Positions 1-8,198 of a stretch of 16,062 nucleotides of DNA are shown piece by piece. Below the pieces are notes generated by a model, which worked only from the letters and a program-made list of their open reading frames with translations, had not been told where the DNA came from and did not search any database. Both the position numbers and the translations under genes were made by a program. Source of the DNA: Candidatus Heimdallarchaeota archaeon (lineage in GTDB: Archaea; Asgardarchaeota; Heimdallarchaeia; Heimdallarchaeales; Heimdallarchaeaceae). Every line of letters starts with the position of its first letter. The stretch's first letter is position 1. The stretch lies in the NCBI GenBank assembly GCA_030668825.1, contig DAOVET010000053.1, positions 1 through 16,062 on the forward strand, given 5' to 3'.

Positions 1-903
1 AAGCTCTAGTTGGTCTTTAGTAGAATTCCTTAGTTGATAAATTTCATGTCTAGAAGAACTATTCGTGATAAAGAATCGCATAAAAGGTGAATCTAATGGG
101 GAGAGAATCTCTTCATAACTTTCTAATGAGATGACCAGAACGCTACTTTTACCACCATATATTAGATGAACAGAGAGAGCAGTTAATAGACCACTATACT
201 TATTCCAAGTTGCACGCATCGATATGGAAGTTTCCAGTTTAATATCTAATGAAATTGTAAACTCTTCATCACCTTTATTGTAAATATTGACTGAAAAAGA
301 TTCATCAAGTAGCAAAGAAGCGAATTCAGCTTCATATCTATCAAAATCTTCCCCAATAATTAGAGGTAAGAAATCAAAATAATTAGCATCTTTAATCATT
401 GCTCCAAAATTTGGTCTAGTTATGTTAGTGAAGATTTTTGGTATAATTATAGCAGTTTCTTTGGGCAGTTCAGCATGTATAATTTCTGATTCTACTGGTT
501 CGAAATTAAAACCAATGAACTCTGCGATAAAGTCACTTCCTGTGTTAATTTCAGCAGTTAAAGACTCTTCAAGAATTAAGTAACTTTCGATTGAATATAC
601 TGTTTCCTGAGTTGGTATGAATTTGTCAGATTCAATATAGTAGATGTCTCTAAATTCTGTGGTCCTTTCCCTTAGTAAAACATTCAATACTCCATTTGAG
701 AATGATCCATGTAAATCAAATCCTAACTCTTCAAACATGTTATCTAGATTTTCACCTTGAGCAATCCTATAACTGATAAGATATCCTTTATCCTCAAAAC
801 TAATCTCTCGAAAATTTTCAGTATGTTCAGCTTCTATTTTTGAGACAGAAAGACTAAGTACTATGAAAACAAAAAGAACTGATACTAATTTGTTATTTCT
901 CAT
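1..903 (-). CDS. Secreted/cell-surface hypothetical protein, 3'-truncated by the window edge (>=301 aa)
   Basis: Not in the ORF track. Manual translation from the ATG at 903 stays open to position 1: MRNNKLVSVLFVFIVLSLSVSKIEA-EHTENF... (Sec-type signal peptide, then an acidic, beta-rich-looking body). The start overlaps the last codons of the MMPL gene (stop at 893-895), suggesting translational coupling. Confidence 0.85.
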   Translation of the reverse strand, partial: MRNNKLVSVLFVFIVLSLSVSKIEAEHTENFREISFEDKGYLISYRIAQGENLDNMFEELGFDLHGSFSNGVLNVLLRERTTEFRDIYYIESDKFIPTQETVYSIESYLILEESLTAEINTGSDFIAEFIGFNFEPVESEIIHAELPKETAIIIPKIFTNITRPNFGAMIKDANYFDFLPLIIGEDFDRYEAEFASLLLDESFSVNIYNKGDEEFTISLDIKLETSISMRATWNKYSGLLTALSVHLIYGGKSSVLVISLESYEEILSPLDSPFMRFFITNSSSRHEIYQLRNSTKDQLEL

Positions 904-3814
904 CCTTAATACCTCTTCTGTTTTTCTTTTTTGTTTTCTCCCCTTTGAAAGTTAATACTATAGCTGGAGGAACAATAAATAACCGTGAGACAAAAACATC
1001 GATTAGTATTCCAATTCCTAGGCCTAATCCTAATTGTTGCATGTGAATAGATGAAGTGAATAATAAGCTGAAATAAGTTGCTGCCATAATTATTCCTGCA
1101 ACTGAAATATTATTCATTGTTTGTTCTACTGCTTCTACAATTGCTTTTTCTGAATCTTTAACATCAGTATAAATATCTTGAAAAATGCCTAGAAATAGTA
1201 CATCAAAATCCAATCCTAAAGCTGTTAAAACCGCATATGCTAGTAAAGGCACAATCCAATATATTGAACCACCTAAGAAAATTAAAGCACACAAACTAAA
1301 CAAGCCCAAGCTTATTCCTAGAGACAAGAGTATAGTTATTAGAACTCTTACAGACATAAAGAAATTTCTTAAAAACAAGAATAATAACAGAGTAATTGTA
1401 ACTGAAACAAATAGGAAAATTAAGTTAAAGTCAAATGAAATTCCTGTTTTGGAATCATACAGAACTGGTGCAAAGCCCGTTGCATATGTTTGCCATTCTG
1501 TAATCTCTCTCTGTTCAATAATTTCTGAAATTGTCTTTCTGATAGTTTTAATCTGTTCATCTAATCTTTTGTCCCCTTCCATATATTGGGAGCCACAATA
1601 AACAATAGCATAAGTTTCATCGGAAAAAACAAAATTCTTCATTAGAATTTGTATTTCTTCTGTTACAAACAAAGAAGTGTTCTGGAAATGTTCATAATAT
1701 GGTCTACCAAAAGGATGACTTAGCCCTGCAAGAACCGTTATATTCGTTTCAATCTTAATTGCTTCAATTATAAATAAAACCTCGTTTATAGATTTATAAT
1801 TCAAACTGTCATTACTGAAAATAAATGGCTCCACGTCTGTAGTCTTGAAAAGAAGAGAAATTTGACTAATATATTCTGTTCCCATATGTTGAGTAATTGC
1901 GTCCAATCCTTGTCTTGATTGATATGATTGCGGGGCTGATGAAATTTGAGCATAATCTGTTGGTACTGCAATGAAAATTCCTATTCCAACCAAACTAATG
2001 ATTACAAAAACAAGTAAAACTTTCTTTGGTTTTTGAACTGCTTTTTTCACATATTTAATGATTGAACCCTTTCTTTTCTGAAATATTTTTAAATTAATTC
2101 TCCACTTGGTAAGAATATTTTGATTCAGTAGAATAAGTATTGCTGGAACCAAAGTTAAGGAAACAACCATGCTTGTTAGAAAACCAATTATACCTGCTAT
2201 ACCCATTCCAGTTGCTAAAGCAAAGCTGCTCAAAACTAATCCTCCAAAACCAAAAGATAAGGAAATTGATGCAATGATTATGCTTTTAGAAGTACGTTTA
2301 AGAGTGGTTCTAAGAGCACTATTCTTGGAATTTGTTTTCTTTAGATTAAGTAGATAATCCCCCATTAGGAATACACAGTAATCAGTTGTTGCTCCTAAGA
2401 GGGTTACACTCAAGATAATAAGACTCGTTGAATCTAGACCTCCTGTTAAAGATCCTATTCCAATGAAGAGCAGACGAGAAACTCCTAAGGAAATTGCTAG
2501 AACAAAGAGTTGAATTAGTGGCAAGATGGGAGATCTATAAACTAGCAGAAGGATAACTACTATAGTAATAAGAACAATCAAATCTGTTTTTTTTGCTTGA
2601 TTTTGATAGTCCTGCGAAATCTCAACTATGAATAAATCAATTCCTGTTGCATAAATTTCTAAGGGTTCATTTTCTTCTTTTATTGATGGTAAAATGTCTA
2701 AAATTTCAAGATAAGCTGCTTTTCCTTCTTCATTCAAATGATTAAGCGCCATATTAAACGTTATAATTGTAGTATCAGCATCATCCATACTTTCTTTATA
2801 ATTTGTGTATTGCCTTAGAAATGTAAGAATTATATCTTCAGTAATTGGAGGAATTGTGGATTCCATTGTCAGGACTGGTAAAAAATATTTGTTTTTAGCA
2901 TCAATGAATCCTTGAATATTACCATCATCATAAACTTCTCTTATGAAATCAACCTCAAAGGAATTATTTGAGTCAAATAAAAATTCAGCAATTTTTTCGT
3001 AGGAATATGTTGCATTTTGCCATTCGCTAGAATTGAAATTATTAGAAAGTAACCCAAGAAGTTGTGTTTGTCTCGTATCTGCTGAAACCTCAGAGATAAA
3101 AGTTGAATTTGCATTCACTATACTACTTAACAAATTGAAAACGTCTTCTTCACTAGTTGGTGTGGATAAATTCGCAAAATAGTTAAAACTCTTTGACAAT
3201 TCATCATAAAAAACATCAACAAAACTATAATATCTCGATTCATTGAACGAATCCAGAAGTGTTTCAAGATAGTTATTTGTTAATTGTTTGGTTACTGTTG
3301 TTGCCAAAAAGGTACTATTTGTGCTATTATATTGATCAAGCCAAGTTGAGCTAAAATATTCTATACCACCCCAAACATAATGAATTGAAGCAAAAGATAA
3401 TTGTGTAGCATACCATTGAAGACTTAATATTGTTCTGAGAAGATTATCTGCATCAACATATAACGAAGAATAAGGTTTACTTGGAGATAAATATGGACCA
3501 ATTTTTGGATTATGCGTTATATTAAATACTAAACTTGCTACCTTTAGATACATGGATTCCGAAACTATACTACCATTAGGATTCCTAACTATAATCTGAA
3601 ATGAACTGTTTACTTCGCTAAATGTGGATAAAATCTCGGCACCAATCGAAGATTCAGATTGGCTAGTTGTAGAAAGATTATTACCTTCATCACTTACATA
3701 ATCTGAAATATTCAATATTTTATTGATATTAATTGAGACAAGTAAAATCCAAAATAATAATATTGCAGATGCAACTATTTTTGGTCTCTTCCATAACTTG
3801 TCCCATAATTTCAT
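893..3814 (-). CDS. MMPL/RND-family membrane transporter (973 aa)
   Basis: Two repeats of one TM helix, a large extracytoplasmic domain and a block of about 5 TM helices. MMPL-type motifs LLLVYRSPILPLI, LGATTDYCVFL, VSLTLVPAIL, ALGLDFDVLF and GILIDVFVSRLFIVPP. Many N-x-S/T sequons in the loops. Confidence 0.9.
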   Translation of the reverse strand: MKLWDKLWKRPKIVASAILLFWILLVSININKILNISDYVSDEGNNLSTTSQSESSIGAEILSTFSEVNSSFQIIVRNPNGSIVSESMYLKVASLVFNITHNPKIGPYLSPSKPYSSLYVDADNLLRTILSLQWYATQLSFASIHYVWGGIEYFSSTWLDQYNSTNSTFLATTVTKQLTNNYLETLLDSFNESRYYSFVDVFYDELSKSFNYFANLSTPTSEEDVFNLLSSIVNANSTFISEVSADTRQTQLLGLLSNNFNSSEWQNATYSYEKIAEFLFDSNNSFEVDFIREVYDDGNIQGFIDAKNKYFLPVLTMESTIPPITEDIILTFLRQYTNYKESMDDADTTIITFNMALNHLNEEGKAAYLEILDILPSIKEENEPLEIYATGIDLFIVEISQDYQNQAKKTDLIVLITIVVILLLVYRSPILPLIQLFVLAISLGVSRLLFIGIGSLTGGLDSTSLIILSVTLLGATTDYCVFLMGDYLLNLKKTNSKNSALRTTLKRTSKSIIIASISLSFGFGGLVLSSFALATGMGIAGIIGFLTSMVVSLTLVPAILILLNQNILTKWRINLKIFQKRKGSIIKYVKKAVQKPKKVLLVFVIISLVGIGIFIAVPTDYAQISSAPQSYQSRQGLDAITQHMGTEYISQISLLFKTTDVEPFIFSNDSLNYKSINEVLFIIEAIKIETNITVLAGLSHPFGRPYYEHFQNTSLFVTEEIQILMKNFVFSDETYAIVYCGSQYMEGDKRLDEQIKTIRKTISEIIEQREITEWQTYATGFAPVLYDSKTGISFDFNLIFLFVSVTITLLLFLFLRNFFMSVRVLITILLSLGISLGLFSLCALIFLGGSIYWIVPLLAYAVLTALGLDFDVLFLGIFQDIYTDVKDSEKAIVEAVEQTMNNISVAGIIMAATYFSLLFTSSIHMQQLGLGLGIGILIDVFVSRLFIVPPAIVLTFKGEKTKKKNRRGIKDEK

Positions 3815-3913
3815 ATTATCAAATGAATATCGTATTTTCCTCCTTATATTTCTATTTCTTGTATTCTTGGAATTTATATCAAAAAACTGTGTTAGGTAAC
3901 AATAGGTCTGTTA

Positions 3914-3927
3914 TTTACTTAAGTAAA
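3914..3927. promoter_or_regulatory. Perfect 14-bp palindrome TTTACTTAAGTAAA in the divergent MMPL/SIS intergenic region
   Basis: The palindrome is read directly. An operator role is inference, and the region is AT-rich. Confidence 0.35.
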
Positions 3928-4006
3928 ACAATATTACCGAATAAGGTTCTTTCAGAAAACCGAGTGATTTAAAAACATTATCCAATAGTGTGCTTAAGAG
4001 AGAAGT

Positions 4007-4032
4007 AAATGATAATTTCTGGGTTATCATTT
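4007..4032. promoter_or_regulatory. Inverted repeat AAATGATAA-N8-TTATCATTT upstream of the SIS gene
   Basis: Perfect 9-bp arms (4007-4015 and 4024-4032) ending 30 bp before the ATG at 4063. Candidate operator or 5'-UTR hairpin. Confidence 0.45.
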
Positions 4033-4062
4033 GAGAGTTAACTTGTAGTAAGTTGTGAGAAA

Positions 4063-4737
4063 ATGGTTAAAAAAAACAATGCAAAAAATAAGAAGCGTGT
4101 CATGTCAGATGAGCGAATTAAAAAACTTGCTAGTTACACAGAACAACCTGCAATTTTTAGAGCAATGGAATTGATGGTATCAAACTTACAAGATAATATC
4201 AAACACATGACTGATCATTATGAGTATGTTCAACAAGTTAGGGATAGGTTAATGGTTGATATACAAGACAAAAAAAGAATCTATATTTTAGCAAGTGGAA
4301 GAAGTGCATATGTAGGTCAGATGTTTCAAACAAGATTAGAGCATTTTGGTGTTGAAAGCCGTTTTATCACAAACACAAGATCTGTCCCTCGTTTAAGGGA
4401 AGGTGATACCATTATGGTAATTAGTGGATCTGGAACAACTCCTATAGTTAAAGCTATGTTAGAAACTTATTTGATATATAATCCGTTTGTAATTGTCATT
4501 ACAAGCTATCCTTTGAGTGTTATTGGGCGATTAGGGGATGTTACCGTGAAACTCAAAGGTAGAACAAAATCTGATTTAGAAAGAAGAGACCAGGGGTTGG
4601 ATAGTACATTAGCACCTGAAGGAACAGCCTTTGAACATGCTACATTAGCTTTTTTGGATGGAATTGTCGCAGAACTAGCTGTTTCCCTTCATAGAGATGA
4701 GAAAAACCTTCTAAATCAACATAATCAAGGTCTATAA
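4063..4737 (+). CDS. SIS-domain protein, 6-phospho-3-hexuloisomerase (Phi/HxlB)-like, divergent
   Basis: Motifs RIYILASGRS, RLEHFG, GDTIMVISGSGTT, ITSYPLS, LAPEGTAFE..LAFLD and a C-terminal His match the Phi/HxlB pattern. Alternative start at ATG 4102. Confidence 0.82.
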   Translation: MVKKNNAKNKKRVMSDERIKKLASYTEQPAIFRAMELMVSNLQDNIKHMTDHYEYVQQVRDRLMVDIQDKKRIYILASGRSAYVGQMFQTRLEHFGVESRFITNTRSVPRLREGDTIMVISGSGTTPIVKAMLETYLIYNPFVIVITSYPLSVIGRLGDVTVKLKGRTKSDLERRDQGLDSTLAPEGTAFEHATLAFLDGIVAELAVSLHRDEKNLLNQHNQGL

Positions 4738-4833
4738 TACTTTTATCACATCTCTGAGGTTCGGAATTTAGAGAATAGTTGTTTCATAGTGAAATTATAG
4801 CAAAGTTTAATAGAATTTCATTATAATGGAGAC

Positions 4834-4843
4834 ATATATAAAT
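4834..4843 (+). promoter_or_regulatory. Putative archaeal TATA box (ATATATAAAT) for the GTPase gene
   Basis: Strong TATA-like element in the intergenic gap about 70 bp upstream of ATG 4912. Confidence 0.45.
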
Positions 4844-4911
4844 CAAGAAAAGGTTTTAGAATTCGCACCTAAAAACCTAAATACGTAAAAATCTTGGCGG
4901 CTAGATATAAG

Positions 4912-5679
4912 ATGTCAAGCAGTTTAAAAATAAAAGATATTTTCAAAGTAGATGGTTCTGGAATACCGTATCTAAAATTGGTTATATATGGACCTTCATT
5001 GTCAGGTAAAACAAGTATGTTAACAGTCTATAATGTTCTAAGGAAAGTTGAAGATCCTGAAACAATCTATTCTTCCTTAAAGAAGATAGATGACCCTAGT
5101 GGTAGAACAATCTTTTATGATCAAAGTACCTTTGAATTACCAAAAGGACAAGGCGTAAGTGTTCCAAAGCTAAGATACCAAGTTTGGACAGTAGCTGGTC
5201 AGAAAAGACATTATATTCAAAGAAAAGTTGTTCTTGAGGGTGCTGACGGATTGATATTTATGTTCGATCCCAGCAAAAATATGTGGGATGACAATGTAGA
5301 AAGCCTTGTTGAGCTCATAGCCCTTAAGGGAGATATCTTAGGAAAATCCTTGCCATTCTTAATCGTTCTGAATAAGATTGATCTTCCTCCTGAAGAGCGT
5401 ACTCCTACAGATAAGTTTCTTGATTTATTAATTGAAAAGAAACTTGCAGCTAATAAAGGAGAAGCCTACATGCGAGTAATTGAAACATCTTGTCTTCAAG
5501 CTAGAAATGAGTTGATGACTCTTTTAAGAAGTCCTGATATAAAATCAATGCTTGATGAATATGGACGTCTTAAAAAAGGAGCTAGACCTTTAAGTGTTCA
5601 AAAAACTGCTCAGCCAATTGAGCAATTAACACGAGAAATAATTATTCACCGAGTTAAATCTGCTAAAAGCGAATCTTAA
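4912..5679 (+). CDS. MglA-like small GTPase (Ras superfamily)
   Basis: G1 GPSLSGKT (4990-5013); G2 GRTIFYD, like MglA RTLFFD; G3 TVAGQ, like MglA TVPGQ rather than DxxG; RKVVLEGADGLIFMFD; G4 NKID; G5 ETSC. ATG 4912 is preferred over the TTG at 4894 given in the track. Confidence 0.9.
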   Translation: MSSSLKIKDIFKVDGSGIPYLKLVIYGPSLSGKTSMLTVYNVLRKVEDPETIYSSLKKIDDPSGRTIFYDQSTFELPKGQGVSVPKLRYQVWTVAGQKRHYIQRKVVLEGADGLIFMFDPSKNMWDDNVESLVELIALKGDILGKSLPFLIVLNKIDLPPEERTPTDKFLDLLIEKKLAANKGEAYMRVIETSCLQARNELMTLLRSPDIKSMLDEYGRLKKGARPLSVQKTAQPIEQLTREIIIHRVKSAKSES

Positions 5680-5682
5680 TAT

Positions 5683-5698
5683 TCTCATTTTTATTTTA
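5683..5698 (+). terminator. T-rich tract after the GTPase gene, possible archaeal terminator
   Basis: CTCATTTTTATTTTAT immediately follows the stop codon. Confidence 0.3.
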
Positions 5699-5711
5699 TG
5701 TTGATTAGAGA

Positions 5712-6389
5712 ATGGATAACTCAATTGTTACTATATTAAATCATATATTCAATCGCAATAAAGTAGATGTAACTAATCTTAAAGCAGTGGAAAAAGATAG
5801 ATGTATTCCCCTTCTTACTTCTTTGAATTATTCATTAGAAGAATTCTTCAATAAGGTTGATTTCACAGATGAAGAAAAGGGTCAAATTCTACTTTCTCTT
5901 CTTATGCAAGGTATTAGTGTGAAAAGCATACTCGAGTTTATTGATTGGAAAGGATTTGAGAATGTTATTACTGCTCTTTTTGATGAGTTAGGTTATTCAG
6001 TTCTTTCTAATTTTCGATTTAAGGACGAGTTCACAAAATATGAAATTGATGTTCTAGCATTCAAATATCCTTACTTATTTTTGATTGATTGCAAATATTA
6101 TAGGCATCCTTCGCCCTCTATCATGAAAGATGCAGCTGTTAAACAAAAGGAAAGAACAGAAGTACTTTATGAAATATTTCCCGTCCTTTCAGAAGAACTT
6201 ATTTCAAAACTTGCTTTACCATTGAAGAGGGAAGTGAAGCTTTATCCATTAATTCTCTCTTGGAGAGATCATAATATTCAGTTCTCTTCAGAAATTCCTA
6301 TAATTCCCTTTTACCAACTATCAGGCTTTCTTCAAGAAATTGATGAGTTTAGAGATGATTTATTCTACATTCCATTATATCTGAACTGA
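5712..6389 (+). CDS. PD-(D/E)XK restriction-endonuclease-fold protein (Mrr_cat/NERD-like)
   Basis: WKGFENVITALFDELGY...EIDVLA....LIDCK has the E...D...(D/E)xK catalytic arrangement, preceded by a helical N-terminal region of about 75 aa. Confidence 0.82.
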   Translation: MDNSIVTILNHIFNRNKVDVTNLKAVEKDRCIPLLTSLNYSLEEFFNKVDFTDEEKGQILLSLLMQGISVKSILEFIDWKGFENVITALFDELGYSVLSNFRFKDEFTKYEIDVLAFKYPYLFLIDCKYYRHPSPSIMKDAAVKQKERTEVLYEIFPVLSEELISKLALPLKREVKLYPLILSWRDHNIQFSSEIPIIPFYQLSGFLQEIDEFRDDLFYIPLYLN

Positions 6390-6426
6390 AAATCAATTTA
6401 ATGCCATGTTTTTAGTGAAAACAACT

Positions 6427-6443
6427 GAAAAACTCATATATAT
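6427..6443 (+). promoter_or_regulatory. Putative BRE + TATA (GAAAAACTCATATATAT) for the coiled-coil gene
   Basis: Purine-rich BRE-like run followed by ATATATAT, about 45 bp upstream of ATG 6488. Confidence 0.5.
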
Positions 6444-6487
6444 CGTTAACTTAATAATTTGTATAGGTAAGCTATGAGCTGAAATAA

Positions 6488-8122
6488 ATGGCTATAGAAA
6501 CGCAAAGTCCTTTCAGTGTTGTGCGCTCTCTCGTGAAGAAATTTCTAGGTGAAATGAGAGTTATTCGTACAACTTCAGAAGAACAAGTAAAAGCTAGAGC
6601 TGAAGAAATTAAAAGTAGTTCTTTAGCACCTGGAAAAGCACAATATTCTGTATCCGAAGTTGATAAAATCATTCGAAATTTCAAAGATAGTTATGTGGGT
6701 CTTTTACGAGATATCCATCTAATGGTTGTTACAGAAAGCACTAGTAAGATTCGTCAAGGTATAGAACAGGGATTTGTTGATGCGAAAATGATTACTCAAG
6801 AAATGCTTGGTGAGCTTGAGAAATTAAGGGTTGAAGCTGCAAAAATTCCTGGGTATGAAACGAAAATTCAAGATGATGCTTTGAAAATTGATGAATTAAA
6901 TGATCAAATTGGAAATCTTAAAGCTGAGACAATCTCTATACAAAATGAATTGACAGATATTCAGTCTGTTCTCAAAAGCAAAGACCAAGCTATTGGAGAA
7001 CTATCTGAAAAAGCAACTACAATGGGTGTGGATCAAACTATAATTGAAGCTAGAGACCAAGTGATAATGGACAAAGACAGAACCATTCATCAGTTATCTC
7101 TGGAAAAGAATAACCTCCAATCTGAATTTAATAGATTAAAAATCGAAAGAGATGCTATGTCTACACATGTTGAAGAAATGGAAGCACGTTTAAGATCTGT
7201 GTCTTCTGAAGCTTTATCCAAAGAGGATCAATTATTCGATGAACTACAAAAACAACTTGATAGCACAAGACAGACAGTTTTCAATCTTAGAAATCAAATT
7301 GCTGAACATGAAGATACTGTAAGAAACCAAAAAATCGATATTCAACAGAAATCCTCTCAAATTGATTCATTAAAGAAACAGATGGAAGATATTCAAGATC
7401 AAGCCGCTGATCAAGCTGAAGATTCAACACAGCTAGAGGAACTTAGAAAACAAATTCATCAAAGAGATGAGGATATGGAAAGACTTGCTGAAACTATGGT
7501 TGAACTCCAACAAGATATAAGTTCAAAGGAACAAGAACTACATGGTTTACAGACAACAACAGATGAAATGATGTTACAATTTGCTGAGAAGGAAGCTGAA
7601 ATTCAAGAAATTAGAGACATTGCTGAAAAAGCTACAGAAGAAAGAGAAAAGGTTGAAGAACAAATTTTAGAAAAACAAGATACTCTCGAGGATTTGAAAG
7701 CAAGGCTTGAAGAATCAACTAAAGAATTAGCAGACACAAAGAACACTTTACTCACTATGGAAAAGCAAGGAACAATTTCTTCTGAAGAGAAGTATCAGTA
7801 TGAACTCAATATACAAAAATTAAGAAAGAAAATTGACAATCTAAACAAAACTCTAAAGTCAGTTGAAGCTTTCCTAAATACAGATCCTAAATATAGAGTT
7901 CTATATTTGCTCAATGATTTCCAGAGACCTTTAGCTAAAGAAGAACTCTCTAAAATGCTTAATGTACCTGAGGAAGTTGCATCCAAGTATATCTTTGAAT
8001 TGGATTACTTTGGTTACATCAAACAGAATATCGATGCTGGAAAAACATTTATAGAATCAACCGCACTTTTAACACCTCCTCTTTCGTATGATGAAGAAGA
8101 AGAGGAAAAAGAATCCGAGTAA
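6488..8122 (+). CDS. Long coiled-coil protein with C-terminal winged helix and acidic tail (544 aa)
   Basis: About 350 aa of E/K/Q/L-rich, nearly proline-free heptad sequence. From about residue 466, DPKYRVLYLLNDFQRPLAKEELSKMLNVPEEVASKYIFELDYFGYIK has a wHTH pattern. Ends DEEEEEKESE. No Walker motifs and no TM segment. Confidence 0.85.
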   Translation: MAIETQSPFSVVRSLVKKFLGEMRVIRTTSEEQVKARAEEIKSSSLAPGKAQYSVSEVDKIIRNFKDSYVGLLRDIHLMVVTESTSKIRQGIEQGFVDAKMITQEMLGELEKLRVEAAKIPGYETKIQDDALKIDELNDQIGNLKAETISIQNELTDIQSVLKSKDQAIGELSEKATTMGVDQTIIEARDQVIMDKDRTIHQLSLEKNNLQSEFNRLKIERDAMSTHVEEMEARLRSVSSEALSKEDQLFDELQKQLDSTRQTVFNLRNQIAEHEDTVRNQKIDIQQKSSQIDSLKKQMEDIQDQAADQAEDSTQLEELRKQIHQRDEDMERLAETMVELQQDISSKEQELHGLQTTTDEMMLQFAEKEAEIQEIRDIAEKATEEREKVEEQILEKQDTLEDLKARLEESTKELADTKNTLLTMEKQGTISSEEKYQYELNIQKLRKKIDNLNKTLKSVEAFLNTDPKYRVLYLLNDFQRPLAKEELSKMLNVPEEVASKYIFELDYFGYIKQNIDAGKTFIESTALLTPPLSYDEEEEEKESE

Positions 8123-8129
8123 AATCTCC

Positions 8130-8150
8130 TTCCTTTTTCTTATTTTTTTA
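8130..8150 (+). terminator. Pyrimidine/T-tract terminator between convergent genes
   Basis: TTCCTTTTTCTTATTTTTTT directly after the coiled-coil stop codon. Confidence 0.5.
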
Positions 8151-8198
8151 ATTGTGATACAGGTTAGTCAAATCTTGCTTATACTTTAGATTAACCAG

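Noticed and set aside
1185-2357. Plus-strand ORFs 1185-1601 and 2169-2357
   Set aside because: Antisense shadows wholly inside the MMPL gene, with no recognisable motifs.
3733-3972. 79-aa plus-strand ORF
   Set aside because: Overlaps the MMPL start antisense and runs through an AT-rich promoter region, with a weak start and no motif.
4912-6389. McrBC-like GTPase-nuclease restriction system
   Set aside because: McrB is an AAA+ GTPase, whereas this is a Ras-like MglA protein. No other defence or mobility genes are present.
6472-7986. Minus-strand ORFs 6472-6684 and 7795-7986
   Set aside because: Antisense shadows of the coiled-coil gene.
6488-8122. SMC/Rad50 or Wadjet JetC identity for the coiled-coil protein
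   Set aside because: No Walker A/B, ABC signature, hinge or CxxC hook, and it is too short.
8162-8196. Imperfect inverted repeat GGTTAGTC...GATTAACC as an ncRNA or mobile-element end
   Set aside because: Short and imperfect, in a 76-bp convergent gap. At most it is part of a terminator.
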